Assembly (NCBI RefSeq): GCF_021028975.2
Contig: NC_059436.1
Location: forward strand, 35,340,001 to 35,404,000
Origin: Sphaerodactylus townsendi
Taxonomy: Eukaryota
DNA: 64,000 nt
Direction of reading: 5' to 3'
The number at the start of each line of letters is the position of its first letter. The first letter of the stretch is position 1. A model generated the notes under the pieces. It worked only from the letters and a program-made list of their open reading frames with translations. It did not search any database and was not told the DNA's origin. The translations under genes and the position numbers were made by a program. Positions 53,401 through 64,000 of this stretch are shown here, in pieces.

Positions 53401-56400
53401 AAGCTGGAGTCTGGCAAGTGAACTTTTTGCTTTGTCTTTGTCCTTAAACGTCTGCCCTCTTAGGCCAACAGCCAAGAACCAACAGTCTTGGTGCCACCTG
53501 AACGTAACACCACAATAGCTGCACAGTCACAGGTTTTCCTCCTTGTCACAGCACAAGCTATAAATAGAACTTCAGCCAAGGGAAGAGGGGAAACCTTTCA
53601 ACAGTAGCAAGGTCACAAAGCAGGGAGGGGAGGCATCCTGCACACACCTTATGGCCAGAAGACCAGTTTTCAAGACATTTACACTGGAAAAATAAGAACA
53701 AAAATGGTTCTTGTCATCTCAGCAACAAGTTATAAGACTGCGATCAAATGCTAGATACAGAACTCTGCCTACCAGTAACATGTATGCACAAAAAGTTCCT
53801 ATTCTCATTTCAACTACGATGACACATCATTTAATCTTCTGCCACTCAACATCCTTAACCTTCAGTTTTACCAAATGGCACTGCAATCAGATACAGCAAC
53901 CCACACTCATTCTGTAAGGGCCTAACAAATCAGAGTACTGGGAGGGAGGCAATATAAATTTGGAAGATGAGATTGCCAATCCTTTGCCAGGAAGAACATG
54001 AATGGGTGACAAAAGTAAACACACTGTACCATTACAGCAATGCACAACTGCTGCTTGGCACTGGACACCTGGCTAGTTGAACGATAATGCCACAAGATCA
54101 CACTGGGTCATCATCTAAACAGTTGTAATCGTGGAGTGCTAGGCAAGGTGAACAAAGACAAAGTCTGACGTTTTTGCCCTGTGCAATCAGCCATGAAGAC
54201 TTTAGTGTTGCTTTCTTGCTGGCACTGGGTGTGAAACTTTATGAAGACAATCCAAATTCACTAGTAGCTCTTCAGACTCAATCTGAAAACCAAACGTTAG
54301 ATGTAGAAACGTACATTTTCTCCCATCACCCCAAGTCCCTGGGAATCTGCAACCATGGATTCAGTTCTAGAGTATAGAATATTCAGCCTAAGGGATACAT
54401 AAATGGACAACACAGTAACCTCGAGACCTCTTCTTTCCACCAATGTCACATATATTTGAACATGTTTGTATGTTGTGTAGATTAATGTTTCACAATAGAG
54501 CCACTGATGATGAGCTTGGAGCCCATTCTAACAATTAAAACCCTGAAAACTTTTGTTCTTTTCCTTTGAACTTACTTTTTCCAGGGACCACAGAGCAAAA
54601 GGAAGCATCCATTTTTGTTCTGCTACATATGGAACAGTTTTCCATTATTTCATTCAAGAGCCAATTAAGACAGAAGTCTGAGGTTCTGAATCAAATACCA
54701 AAGTAAAGGGACCTTCAGCACTGACTCATCTAGCTCAATAGACGGGATCAAGTCTTTTCTACAGCTATGAAGTTCAAAGAAAATGGCTTTTTTTTTTGAA
54801 AAGCATTTCCTCCCCCACCCCCACCACATTTCAACTTTCCAAATAAAAGACTGGAAATTGGGGGGAGTACAGCAAAACTGCTGAAATGTTTTAAAGGCAA
54901 TCTACAAATATTACATTATGATTTCCATGTATGCTGTAGACATATTTGACATGTAAATCCAGGATGTATTTCTGCCACTAGAACAGTGATGGCGAACATA
55001 TTGCATGGGTGCCAGAGGTGGCACTCAGAGCCCTCTCTGTGTGCACGTGCAAACAGAGTGCCCCCCCACACATCTAGGCTGGCCTGGGCTGCTGGGCTCG
55101 ATTATTAGCATTAAACCTAAGACCTAGTTTTGGGGAAGTAGTGTAGGCAACCCTGTTACGCGCAGTTAAACTAAAGCATGATCCTTTACCTGGGAGTAAG
55201 TTCAGTTGCTGGCAATGGGGCTTGCTTTTGAGTAAACCCTCCTAGGGTCGTGATTCACCTGTTGGAAGAGTTGCACGGTTGCTTCAAAGCAAAGCCATCG
55301 ACTACCACCAAGCTTACTCCTGAGTAACGCAGGCCTTGGAGCCAACAGTTTTTTCTAAATGAAAACCTCAGTATGCAGGTTAAATTGCCGTGTTGGCACT
55401 TTGCAATAAATAAGTGGGTTTTGGGTTGCAATTTGGGCACTCTGTCTCGAAAAGGTTCTCCATCACTGCACTAGAAGATGCATTGACCTTCACAATATGA
55501 TTATACAGGGCCATTTTTGTGTGCGATTTGCCATTAGCCTTCATCTGATGAACTTTTGTTGACAACCATGATGTTTATACTTCAAAATTTCTTAAATAGG
55601 CCAATCTGTACAAATCCTTATTCTAAGCTGTAATTGACGTACCGGTATTTTACATTGTTAAAGCAATAATGTTTAGATTGGAAGCAAAATTCATATTTTT
55701 CATGTTTTACAAGGCTCCAATATTACCAAATATTTGACATCTCTTGCTCTTTCTTCTCTGCTTAGGCAGAGTCAATAGTGACTTGCATGGTGAAATTCAG
55801 CTGGCACAACTCACAACTGTAATGATGTAGTCTAGTAACATTCTGCACCAACGCACCCAAGACCCGCCCACCTCAGCAATAGCTCTTTATATTAAAATGA
55901 CAGTGGCCCTTTGTCAGATCTCTCCCCATTTTGGCACACTGACTGGACTGCATAAACTCCTGGCTACAAGAGGCCATAGTGAATGTAAAATAGTTCTTTA
56001 GTGCTCCTGGTAGCAGCCTGTTGGTAGTTTAAACAGGTGTCGCTAGAGCCACTCTCAACAGCAGACCTAGGATGATAAATGTTCTTTAGGCAGGAGAGTT
56101 TGAACAGTTCCAGACCTATGAACAATTTGCTGCCTTAAAGAAAGATTCCAAGTGCCCCAGGAAACAGAGTCTCCACTAAACCTCTGCAATCTCATCATCA
56201 GCATATGCCCTAGTTTGAGCGTGTAATCCCATATGGACCATTACAGCATGCTCAAATGGTGAGGTTTCTAGCAGCTCAGTGAATACCAAACAGCAACACT
56301 ATACAACTGTATGCTCAAAGTCATTGGGGTGGGGGGGCATCAAGGCAGCAGGACACGAAAAGCAGCAGGACACGAAAAGCTATCTCCCCAAGATCAGCTG

Positions 56401-59159
56401 CCTGAACTAAAAGGATCTCTAATCTGACTCAGTGTGAAAGCTTCATATATTCATATCAGGCTCCAAGCAGCAAATGTACTTCTCCTGCAGTTTGTGGGAG
56501 ATTATTGGTTAGGGCAAAACAGCTCTTGGGAGATTATTGGTTAGGGCAAAACAGCTCTTTCATGTCAAGACCTCACCCTAAACTTTATACACAGACTTCT
56601 GGACCACAGAGCTAAGCTTTGAGTATTCTTCGGGGGTCTCAGACAGAAGAGCATTTCCAACATCACTGGCCTTTTAACAGGAGACGATACAATGATAGAA
56701 TCTGGGACCTGGTATTGGACCCAACATCTAGAAAGTCAAAGATCACAAGGGAAATACTACAGCACAGAACCGAAAGTGTTAAAAGGGACCTGGGACGCTT
56801 TCTTCAAGGCATTCTCCTGCTTGATGGAGAAAACTTTCACATACACCTTCATCAGTTTCTGTTAGCAGCGTGAACTCATGGGGACTAGCACAGGCTGGAG
56901 GGAAGACTGCTCAAATTGATTGCAAGAGTTGGAACACACTGATCTTCTTTGTTCTATGCAGTCTCACCAGAGCACTTTCAAGAACACATCATACCCATCA
57001 GCTAACATTTAACTTCACATTAGTACGTTCATACCAAGAAGTTACAAAACAGATCTAAATTAGTAAACAGAGCTCAGTGATTACTTGTGTACAGCCTAAT
57101 CCATAAGAACATGAAATGTGTAAGAGCTCTAAGCAACGGTAATTATTGTGCTCGACAGGGGAGAATTAACTGAATTCCAGGGAAAAGAAATTAATAATTA
57201 TCAGAAACACAGTTGTCACCGTTGTTGAGAAACATTCAAGCCAGTTACCTTTTTTCGTCGAGAACCTGATTTGATCATGCAGGACCTATCCAAAGAGAGG
57301 TAGCCCCCTATCACCTCAATCTCATTCACAGTGGGGTAGCGCTTTTTGAGAAGCTGGCCCAAATTTTGGTGGGCCACATCACTCCTAGCTTTCACTCGGC
57401 TTTCTTCTTCCTCTTCCTCCTCCTCCTCCTCTGGCAGCTGAGCTCTGCTGAAGGTCTCCAGTGCAGCATTAGGGGGCTTCCTTTTGGGCACAATGGTAAA
57501 GGTGTTACTACTTTTCTCAGAACAGGTGGCATAATCAGCAGGGTGGGGCCTGTACACGGGCACGGCCAGGTCCTCCACTCCAATGGAGGAATCACCTTCT
57601 TGGAGCACATCAAAGCCCTCAAGCCTTGGACTCAGGACTTTCAAGGGGGCCAAATCTCCAAAATCCAGTTCAACCAGGTCGTCATCGATGTAAGTCACAG
57701 GCACCAAAGTCTCTGCCTGCTTCTCTGGGGTAGCTGGCAGTACCCCTCCTGGCAAACTTGGGGGGACTTCAGTAGGTTCCAATGGTCTGGAGGCTTCCCC
57801 TTTATGGTGGGGCACAAAAAGAAAGGAGTTTCGAGAGTTAAGGCGCAGGCTGGCCAAGGCCTGCGCTTGGAGATCATGAGCAGGGATGGCAGCCAGGTCT
57901 GGCCTGGGGGCCGGGCGGATCTCGAAGGAGCCGTTAGAGCAAAGGAGCGCTGGGGGCCGGGCTGAGTTGGCCGTGGCACTGCTATCCAAACTGGCACTAG
58001 ACTGCTGGGCGGGGAGCTGCGGGGTCTCAGTAGCCCCCTCAAGCTTTGGCTTCCACGAGTTGGCTCGATTCGGCAAGGCAGCAACGGAGCTTGGCGATGG
58101 CACTGGCTTGGGTGCAGCTCCCACCTGTCGGTTTCCGCCCTCAGATGGCATGGGCGTAGCAGCCACCCCAGGCTCCACAGGCCCGTTACTAAGTGCAGGG
58201 GTGGGATTTTCTGACACAGGGCAGCATGCACGGGGGTTCACCACGAAGGAATTGGAGCCAGTCTTCTGCACAAAGCCTCCGGTCGGGTGGCCGCGTGGAA
58301 AACAAGGACGGGCCGTGAGAGCCAGCAGCGCAGGCGTGCCTTCCTGAGGAGGGTTTGGCACCACCGGCTGCAGCCGAGCGACCTCGCCAGCCCTCCACCG
58401 CCCTCGCCCCACGCTGCCCCGGGGCCGCCGGTCAAATTTCTGCAGCAGCCGACTGACCCTGCCGGCTTCAGGCTCGGGACCGCCACTGCCGGCACGGGAC
58501 GAGGAAGCCGGCGACGATGACTCAGACTCATAGATGACCACTTCAGCAGCTCGAATCTCGGTGACAGCAGCCCCGGCACGTGACAGCAGGTCCCGGAAGG
58601 GATCTTTGCTGCAGGGGGAGCTCGGGGGCGGCGGGGGGGCGGCAGCGGAGGAGGAGGAAGTGGGTCGCCCCAGTTTCGGGCAGTCGAGGCCGTCTCCTGA
58701 TTTCTGGGTCGGTCCCGGAGCCGCCGTGGCCGATTCCGCCTCCCGGGATTCGATGATGAGGATGTTGTCAGCCCGGATGGTGCGGATGCCCGGGACGGAA
58801 CTGTACAGCTCCAGCAGTTGCGCCAAGGCCGGAGGGTCGGAGGCGGCCGCCGGGGAGGAAGAAGATGAGGTGGGCCGAGGAGGAGACGGCAGGAACCGCC
58901 TGCGCCGCCGTCGCCGCTGCTCGCCCTCCAGCCGAATGAACGGGTTCTCCCTCAGAGGGCCCAGGCTTTCGGCCACCACGAACCGCTCCTTCGCCGCCTC
59001 GCCCTCCTTCCCTGCCTCCGACGGCGGCTTCGCGTCCGCCTCCAAGCCCCGGTGGAATTCCACACCGGCGGCCAGCTTGGCCCGCTTCCGCTCCAGCAGC
59101 GCCCGCTTCCATGCCGGCAGTCCCGGCGCGGCCGCTCCACAGGCCGGAGGGCTCGTCAT
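47461..59159 (-). CDS. TPRN: Taperin (phostensin family, PP1-docking), 4 exons (57249-59159, 49582-49759, 47899-48026, 47461-47523), 759 aa
   Basis: N-terminal PAWKRALLERKRAKL, ESLGPLRENPF and LELYSSVPGIRTIRADNILIIES. KRYPTVNEIEVIGGYLSLDRSC. RVxF-type KISF motif just after the exon 1/2 junction. YTPKH. C-terminus SDFGSEPALYF. 2280 nt, phase-consistent. Confidence 0.95.
49258..49562 (+). mobile_element. Sauria-type SINE, antisense in TPRN intron 2
   Basis: Same family as 27619. Its tail ends about 19 nt from the exon 2 donor. Confidence 0.8.
50913..51413 (+). mobile_element. Non-autonomous hAT transposon, about 500 bp
   Basis: TIR CAGTGATGGTGAACC / GGTTCGCCACAACTG with a perfect 8-bp TSD TGATAAGC. 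Confidence 0.9.
54984..55468 (-). mobile_element. Non-autonomous hAT transposon, inverted relative to 50913
   Basis: Same family in reverse orientation, perfect 8-bp TSD CACTAGAA. Confidence 0.9.
56495..56558. repeat. Perfect 32-bp tandem duplication
   Basis: TGGGAGATTATTGGTTAGGGCAAAACAGCTCT x2. A 17-bp duplication (GCAGCAGGACACGAAAA x2) lies nearby at 56345-56378. Confidence 0.9.
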
Positions 59160-59285
59160 GGTGACGGCAAAAGCCCCCTCAGACACCCGCTTGCTCGGTG
59201 CCGCGCCGCCGCTCTGACCCGCCGCTCCTCTCGACTTCAGGCACCGGCAGCAGCGGCGGTGCCGCCCAGAGGGCAGACGACGGTG

Positions 59286-59560
59286 ATTGGGCGAGAGACG
59301 AAGAAATAGGCTCGGGTGGCGGCGTCGCTGATTGGCTCGTATTTTACAGGGCGAAAGTTTCTGGCGAGGGCGATCGCTATTGGTCACGGAGGGGTCTTAG
59401 AAGATGCCTATTGGACAAAAGTGTCCGGCGCAGTTTATTGGGTATGAGAACAAGTCCTCGTCTTCGTGCCTTCTTATTGGACAAGGATGAGGTTCGAAAC
59501 TGGCCTATTGGGCAAGACGTTCAGCTTTGTAAAACGGAGGTAGGCGGCAAAACGGATTGG
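59286..59560 (-). promoter_or_regulatory. TPRN promoter with eight co-oriented CCAAT boxes
   Basis: ATTGG on the plus strand at 59286, 59331, 59379, 59410, 59437, 59476, 59507 and 59556, at the edge of the TPRN CpG island. Confidence 0.7.
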
Positions 59561-61489
59561 TCAAGGAACTGATCCTCCCCTTCCCCATTGCCTTCCTCGT
59601 ATTTCAATCAGATAAGAGTACGGCAGAAGTGGAGATAAAAGATCCAGGTAGTGGCTGGTGCCTGTAGCCTGTATAGAGAGTTAAAGACGGGTACTTATTT
59701 AGATTATTTCTATCTTTGTTCTCTATTGAAAAGCCTTTCCTGTCCTTTTCCTCGAAGTAACTGCTTAACTCGGTGCATCGGGGAAAACTAACCCAGGGCG
59801 AGGGAAAGACAAGAACAATTCTAGGAAAACTTGGTGTCCTGCAGGTCTCATTATAGAAAATTACAAGAGCATTGGCTCTATATGAACATTATATAAATAG
59901 AACCCCACCGTCTCAAACTAGAAATATCTGCTGTTTCTAAATGCCTCTCGGAATTCCAAAGGAAAGGCCGTCCAGTTTTTTTTTGTGCTCAGTAGCTGGT
60001 ACTCCAAAGTATATTCTCTCCATACATGAAGGGCTTATTCCATTTGGCAATCGTGGCTAGTAACCGGTGAACACAAAAAGCATGAAAGCAGCCATGTTGG
60101 ATCAGACTAAAGGTCCATCTAGGCCAGTAGCGCTCACTCTGCTGCTTGCAGAGAGCCACATTCACAGTTACCATTAACTAAAAAAGACACCCGACTATTG
60201 TATGTCCTGTGTGCCGCCACTCCAAACACACCCATTCAAAAATATGTGGATATTAATATCAGATATAGAATGATAACGAATGAAATTGCCAAGGCACCCC
60301 AGGGGAGAGCAAGCTGTCCCTGAAGAAATTGAATTAAAAACATCACACCCCAATTGTGGCCAGCTTGCTATTTTTCTGAGTGGCTGCTGTGGTGGTGATT
60401 TTGGTGGTTTTACTCTAGTTCTGGCCAGCTTGCTAGCCTCTGAGCAGCTGCCTGGGGGTTAGGATGAAAGTGCAGGGGCTTCAGAAAAGGGTAGCAGGTA
60501 GCAAGAAGAACCCTTTACTTCCATCGCTGGGATGAGGTAGGCGGACCTGCCTAGAGATTTCTCAGAATCACAACTCATTTTCAGGCTACAGAAGAAATGG
60601 CAGCTTTGAAAGGTCAACTGTTGGCATTATGACCCACTGAAGTCCATCCACTCGGCAAATTTCACTCTCTCCAGGCTCTAACCCCCAAATCTCCAGGAAT
60701 TTCTGAACCCAGAGGTCTGCTGCTGAAGGAGACTCACAGTTTACCATCCTCAGTCCCTCCACCACCAGCTGTTTCAAGGTATAAACCACCTTGCCCACCA
60801 CAAGACCTACTAGACAATGTCTTTGCCCAGTGCCCACTTTCATGGAACATGGGGTGGGAACCATATTGAGTAACAATTCCCAAAAAACCACAGGTCGCTC
60901 CTGAGCAACTTAGTATCACTGATCTAGTCCATCATAGTGCTCCCCATACTAGCCAGCCAAATTGCCTCTGGGCATCATCAAGCAAAGTCTGAATGTGATT
61001 GCCATCCTGACTCAGTATCTATAGTATGCAGAGATATAATGTCTCTGTCTTCGGAAGATTTCATTTAGCAGATCTGGCTAATAGCCATCTCTCCAATGTA
61101 AGAGTCTGCAGGATCAGAGCAAAGGTTCATTTAGTCCGACAAAACTATTTCCAAGAGTACCCGGTCATTTGCAGCTGGGTAGCCCACAAGCAGGGCATGT
61201 AGGCAACAGCTTTCAGCACTGGGAATTCAAAGGTCTGCTGTCTCTGAATATATAGACTCCAAACAGCTGTCATAGTTAAAATTAATTATTAAACCTATCC
61301 TTCTCAATGAATGTATCTCGTTCCCTTTTAAAGCCATTGCTACAAGTTGTCATTGCTACAAGTTGTACCAGTAAATTCCATTATTTAATTGTATAAAGGA
61401 TTATTTCCTTTTGTCCACATTAAATTTACTGTTGATCATTTTAACTGGATACCGTGAGATCTACTGTTGGAGATGCGGCAGGGAGAGAT

Positions 61490-62052
61490 TAGGCAGAAGA
61501 GCCTCAGCAACCAGGTTTTTCCCAAGGAAAATATTTACTGTAATTTTTTTTACAACAGTGCACCCGTCCTTAATTCTTAAAACACTTTACCTGGAGAAGT
61601 GTATGTGTGGTCATAAGGGAAGTGAGGACATTTTACACTATTCCTTGGAGCACCCTCTTTACGAAGAATTAAGAATTAAATTAAGAAACTCTTGCCAATT
61701 GATGCAGGTCCTGTGAATGTTAAAAATTTGATTTATTATGTCGTCAGACATTGATCCATATGTATCTAACCATGTCGCGCTATTCGCATATGCTGCAAGG
61801 AAAATTAGATTAAATAGTGTGGTGACCTGTATGTTATATCATTTTACTGTTATCGATATCTATTTTATCATTGCTTAAAATTTACCTTAAGTACATTTAG
61901 ACCACTTAGTGATTAACATTTGTACAGGATTTTAGCTATTAAGGTACATTTGATGTTATTATTTCCTGTTATGCCATATGTAAGATTGTTCTCTATATGG
62001 GAAGATTGTGAAGGCCTATGACCAATACAAGAAAACTTTTTGCTTGCTTGCT
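61490..62052 (+). mobile_element. Degenerate non-LTR retrotransposon 3' end with zinc-knuckle remnant
   Basis: Translates to KCMCGHKGSEDILHYSLEHPLYEELR (decayed CCHC motif), then an AT-rich 3' UTR and a (TTGC)n tail. Confidence 0.55.
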
Positions 62053-63087
62053 ACTTTACTTGGAGAAAGCCAACATTTTCTCTAATTGAATGAAGAAAGT
62101 TCAAGTAGTCAGAGAAAGTCACTCTGCACCTACTCAAAAACACTATATTCTATTTTGCGTGTTCTAGTTCACTGAACACTGGGGCAGATCCTGGTCTTGT
62201 TGACAAAAGAAAGAAATACTATGTGCCTTCCTGCAAAGTTAAATAAAAACTGATCTTTGGACTTTCTCATATACCAACCTCTTACTAAAAGAGCCACTCC
62301 CAGGCCCAGCCCACAGGCTTAAACAAAACCAGTTTCACTCCATCATTGTGATGTTAAACAGCTAAACAAATAAAGCTGTTTGAGGGATTTTTTTCCTCCT
62401 TCCTTGCAAAAGTTTCCTACTGTTAGTAACACTTTCCCAACACATTCCTGTTTACTAGGATTTCAGCTCAGACCTGGCTTATCCAGCTCAACATTGTGCT
62501 TAGCACTTTACGAGTACTCAAAAATAAGAACACATTCAAAATGTGCAGAAAGTGTTTTCCTCACAAGCTCAGTATAGACTGCCCGCCCTATACTTATTTC
62601 AGAGTAGTAAGATTCCTTGGTGCCTGCAGCACTCCCATTTGGACTATTTGTAAAATGTTATGAAAGATTCGACATGAATCTCTGGGATGCCCATCAAGTC
62701 TATGTCCAAGCTCACAATTGGACTTTGTCTCTAAACCTTCTACAAGGCATTCATGGCTGGAATCAACTGGTTGTTTCAGATTTTCTGTGTTGTGTGGCTG
62801 TGGTCTGGTAGTTTTGCCCATTACATTTTACCTTGACCTATTATGGTTGGCATCTTCAGAGGCATATCACAGTAAGATTCATTTCTTTCTGTGGTGTACA
62901 CAATCACTCCACACTGTGCCACGGAGAGAAACACATCTTACCATGACATGCTGACCCAAAATATCCTTCTACAAGAATTCTTTTATTTTATGTAGCACTC
63001 TACATGGAGCAATCCTAAGCATGTCTCCTTGGAAGTAAGTCCAAGTTTATTTAATGGCACTTGCAGATTTTTTTGTAGGCCCCGATG

Positions 63088-63525
63088 GCAGCCAGTGTTG
63101 TGTAGCAGTTGAAGTGTTGGACAAGGATTTGGAAGACCCAGGTTTGAATCCCAGTTCTGCCATGAAAGCTTCCCAGGTGACCTTGGGCCAGTCATATACT
63201 TTCAGCTTAACCCAGTGGTGGTGAACCTTTGGCACTCCAGATGTTATAGACTACAATTCCCATCAGCCCCTGCCAGCACGGGCTTAACCTATCTCATAGG
63301 CCCCTTCTGCACACGCAAAATAATGCGTTTTCAAACCACTTTCACAACTGTTTGCAAGTGGATTTTGCTATTCCACACAGCTTCAAAGAGCACTGAAAGC
63401 GATTTGAAAGTGCATTATTCTGTATGTGCGGAATGAGCTATAGGGTTGTTGTGAGGCTAAAATGGGGGAGAGAATGATTTAAGCCACTTTTCGATTTCGC
63501 TGGAAAGGCAGAATATAAATAAAGC
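63088..63525 (+). mobile_element. Old tRNA-derived SINE carrying two nested DNA-transposon insertions
   Basis: SINE head and core (ggtttgaatccc, ggtgaccttgggccagtca, gggttgttgtgagg) interrupted by a hAT fragment at 63213-63281 (TSD GCTTAACC) and a Harbinger MITE at 63299-63439 (TSD ATA). Confidence 0.75.
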
Positions 63526-63739
63526 AAATAAACAACGTTCCCATTTTCTAGACAGGGAATTGAGGCTGAGGAAGTATGACTTGTCCAAAGCTGTTGAGTG
63601 ATTTTAAAGAAGGAAGAATGGGAGGAAAAGAACGAAAAACTGGAGGTTGCAATCATAAGCTTGTTTCCATGAAAGTAAGTGCCATAGCAAAAACCTTTCC
63701 AGGGGCTGACTGTAGTGTTGGCAAAAACTACTGTGCATA

Positions 63740-64000
63740 CCATGGACAGCTAGGGTGACAAATGCCTCATAAAACCAGATACATCACTAGAGGGGAAAAT
63801 AACCAGGCCCAGACTTACATACTTCAGTCATGTGATGCGATCAAATTTGCTAGAAAAAATATATGATGCTCGGACTTGTCAATGGCGGGAAAAGACCTGG
63901 ACACCAAAGAATACAATGGCTAGATACCATAAAAGCTGATACAGGCATGAGCATCAACCAGTTGAAGGAAGCAGTACTTAATTGAAAAATGTGGAAAGAG
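63740..64000 (+). mobile_element. RTE-clade (BovB-like) LINE ORF 3' fragment
   Basis: Translates with frameshifts as SLEGKITRPRLTYFSHVMR...MLGLVNG...QRIQWLDTIKADTGMSINQLKEAV. Confidence 0.7.

Noticed and set aside
59160-59387. 76-codon in-frame extension of TPRN in the ORF track
   Set aside because: Starts at GTG with no ATG and overlaps the CCAAT promoter boxes. GC-rich sequence explains the lack of stops. The ATG at 59159 has a good Kozak context and precedes the conserved motif.
57366-59572. Long overlapping and antisense ORFs over TPRN exon 1 (also 108-650 over TUBB4B and 39041-39427 over ANAPC2)
   Set aside because: Shadow ORFs of real coding exons with no independent protein features.

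Overview
Vertebrate genomic DNA, not prokaryotic. The repeat content (Sauria-type and 5S-derived SINEs, SPIN, Penelope, Rex1, RTE) points to a squamate reptile, possibly a gecko (inference). The window corresponds to the block syntenic with human 9q34.3. Four conserved genes were rebuilt exon by exon with consistent GT-AG phases: TUBB4B (-, 4 exons, 445 aa), ANAPC2 (-, 13 exons, 807 aa), SSNA1 (+, 3 exons, 117 aa, head-to-head with ANAPC2) and TPRN (-, 4 exons, 759 aa). Between TUBB4B and ANAPC2 (about 7.8-22.9 kb, minus strand), where the ORF track shows little, there is a cryptic gene built from many small exons. Its CxC + transmembrane exon resembles TMEM210, the human syntenic neighbour. 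It continues through a chain of symmetric phase-2 micro-exons encoding a cytoplasmic tail with SH2-type tyrosine motifs (YVMP, YKTM, YVDP, EHIYASI, terminal YEEI). This candidate transmembrane signalling adaptor is the main finding. Its exon set is predicted by eye and partly unresolved. Non-coding regions hold nested DNA-transposon MITEs with clear target-site duplications, a Penelope remnant with a minimal hammerhead ribozyme, a SPIN/URR1-type element, a tailless U2 retrocopy, a 260-bp fold-back and palindromic tandem repeats carrying a CTCF-like motif. There is one assembly gap (14089-14247).
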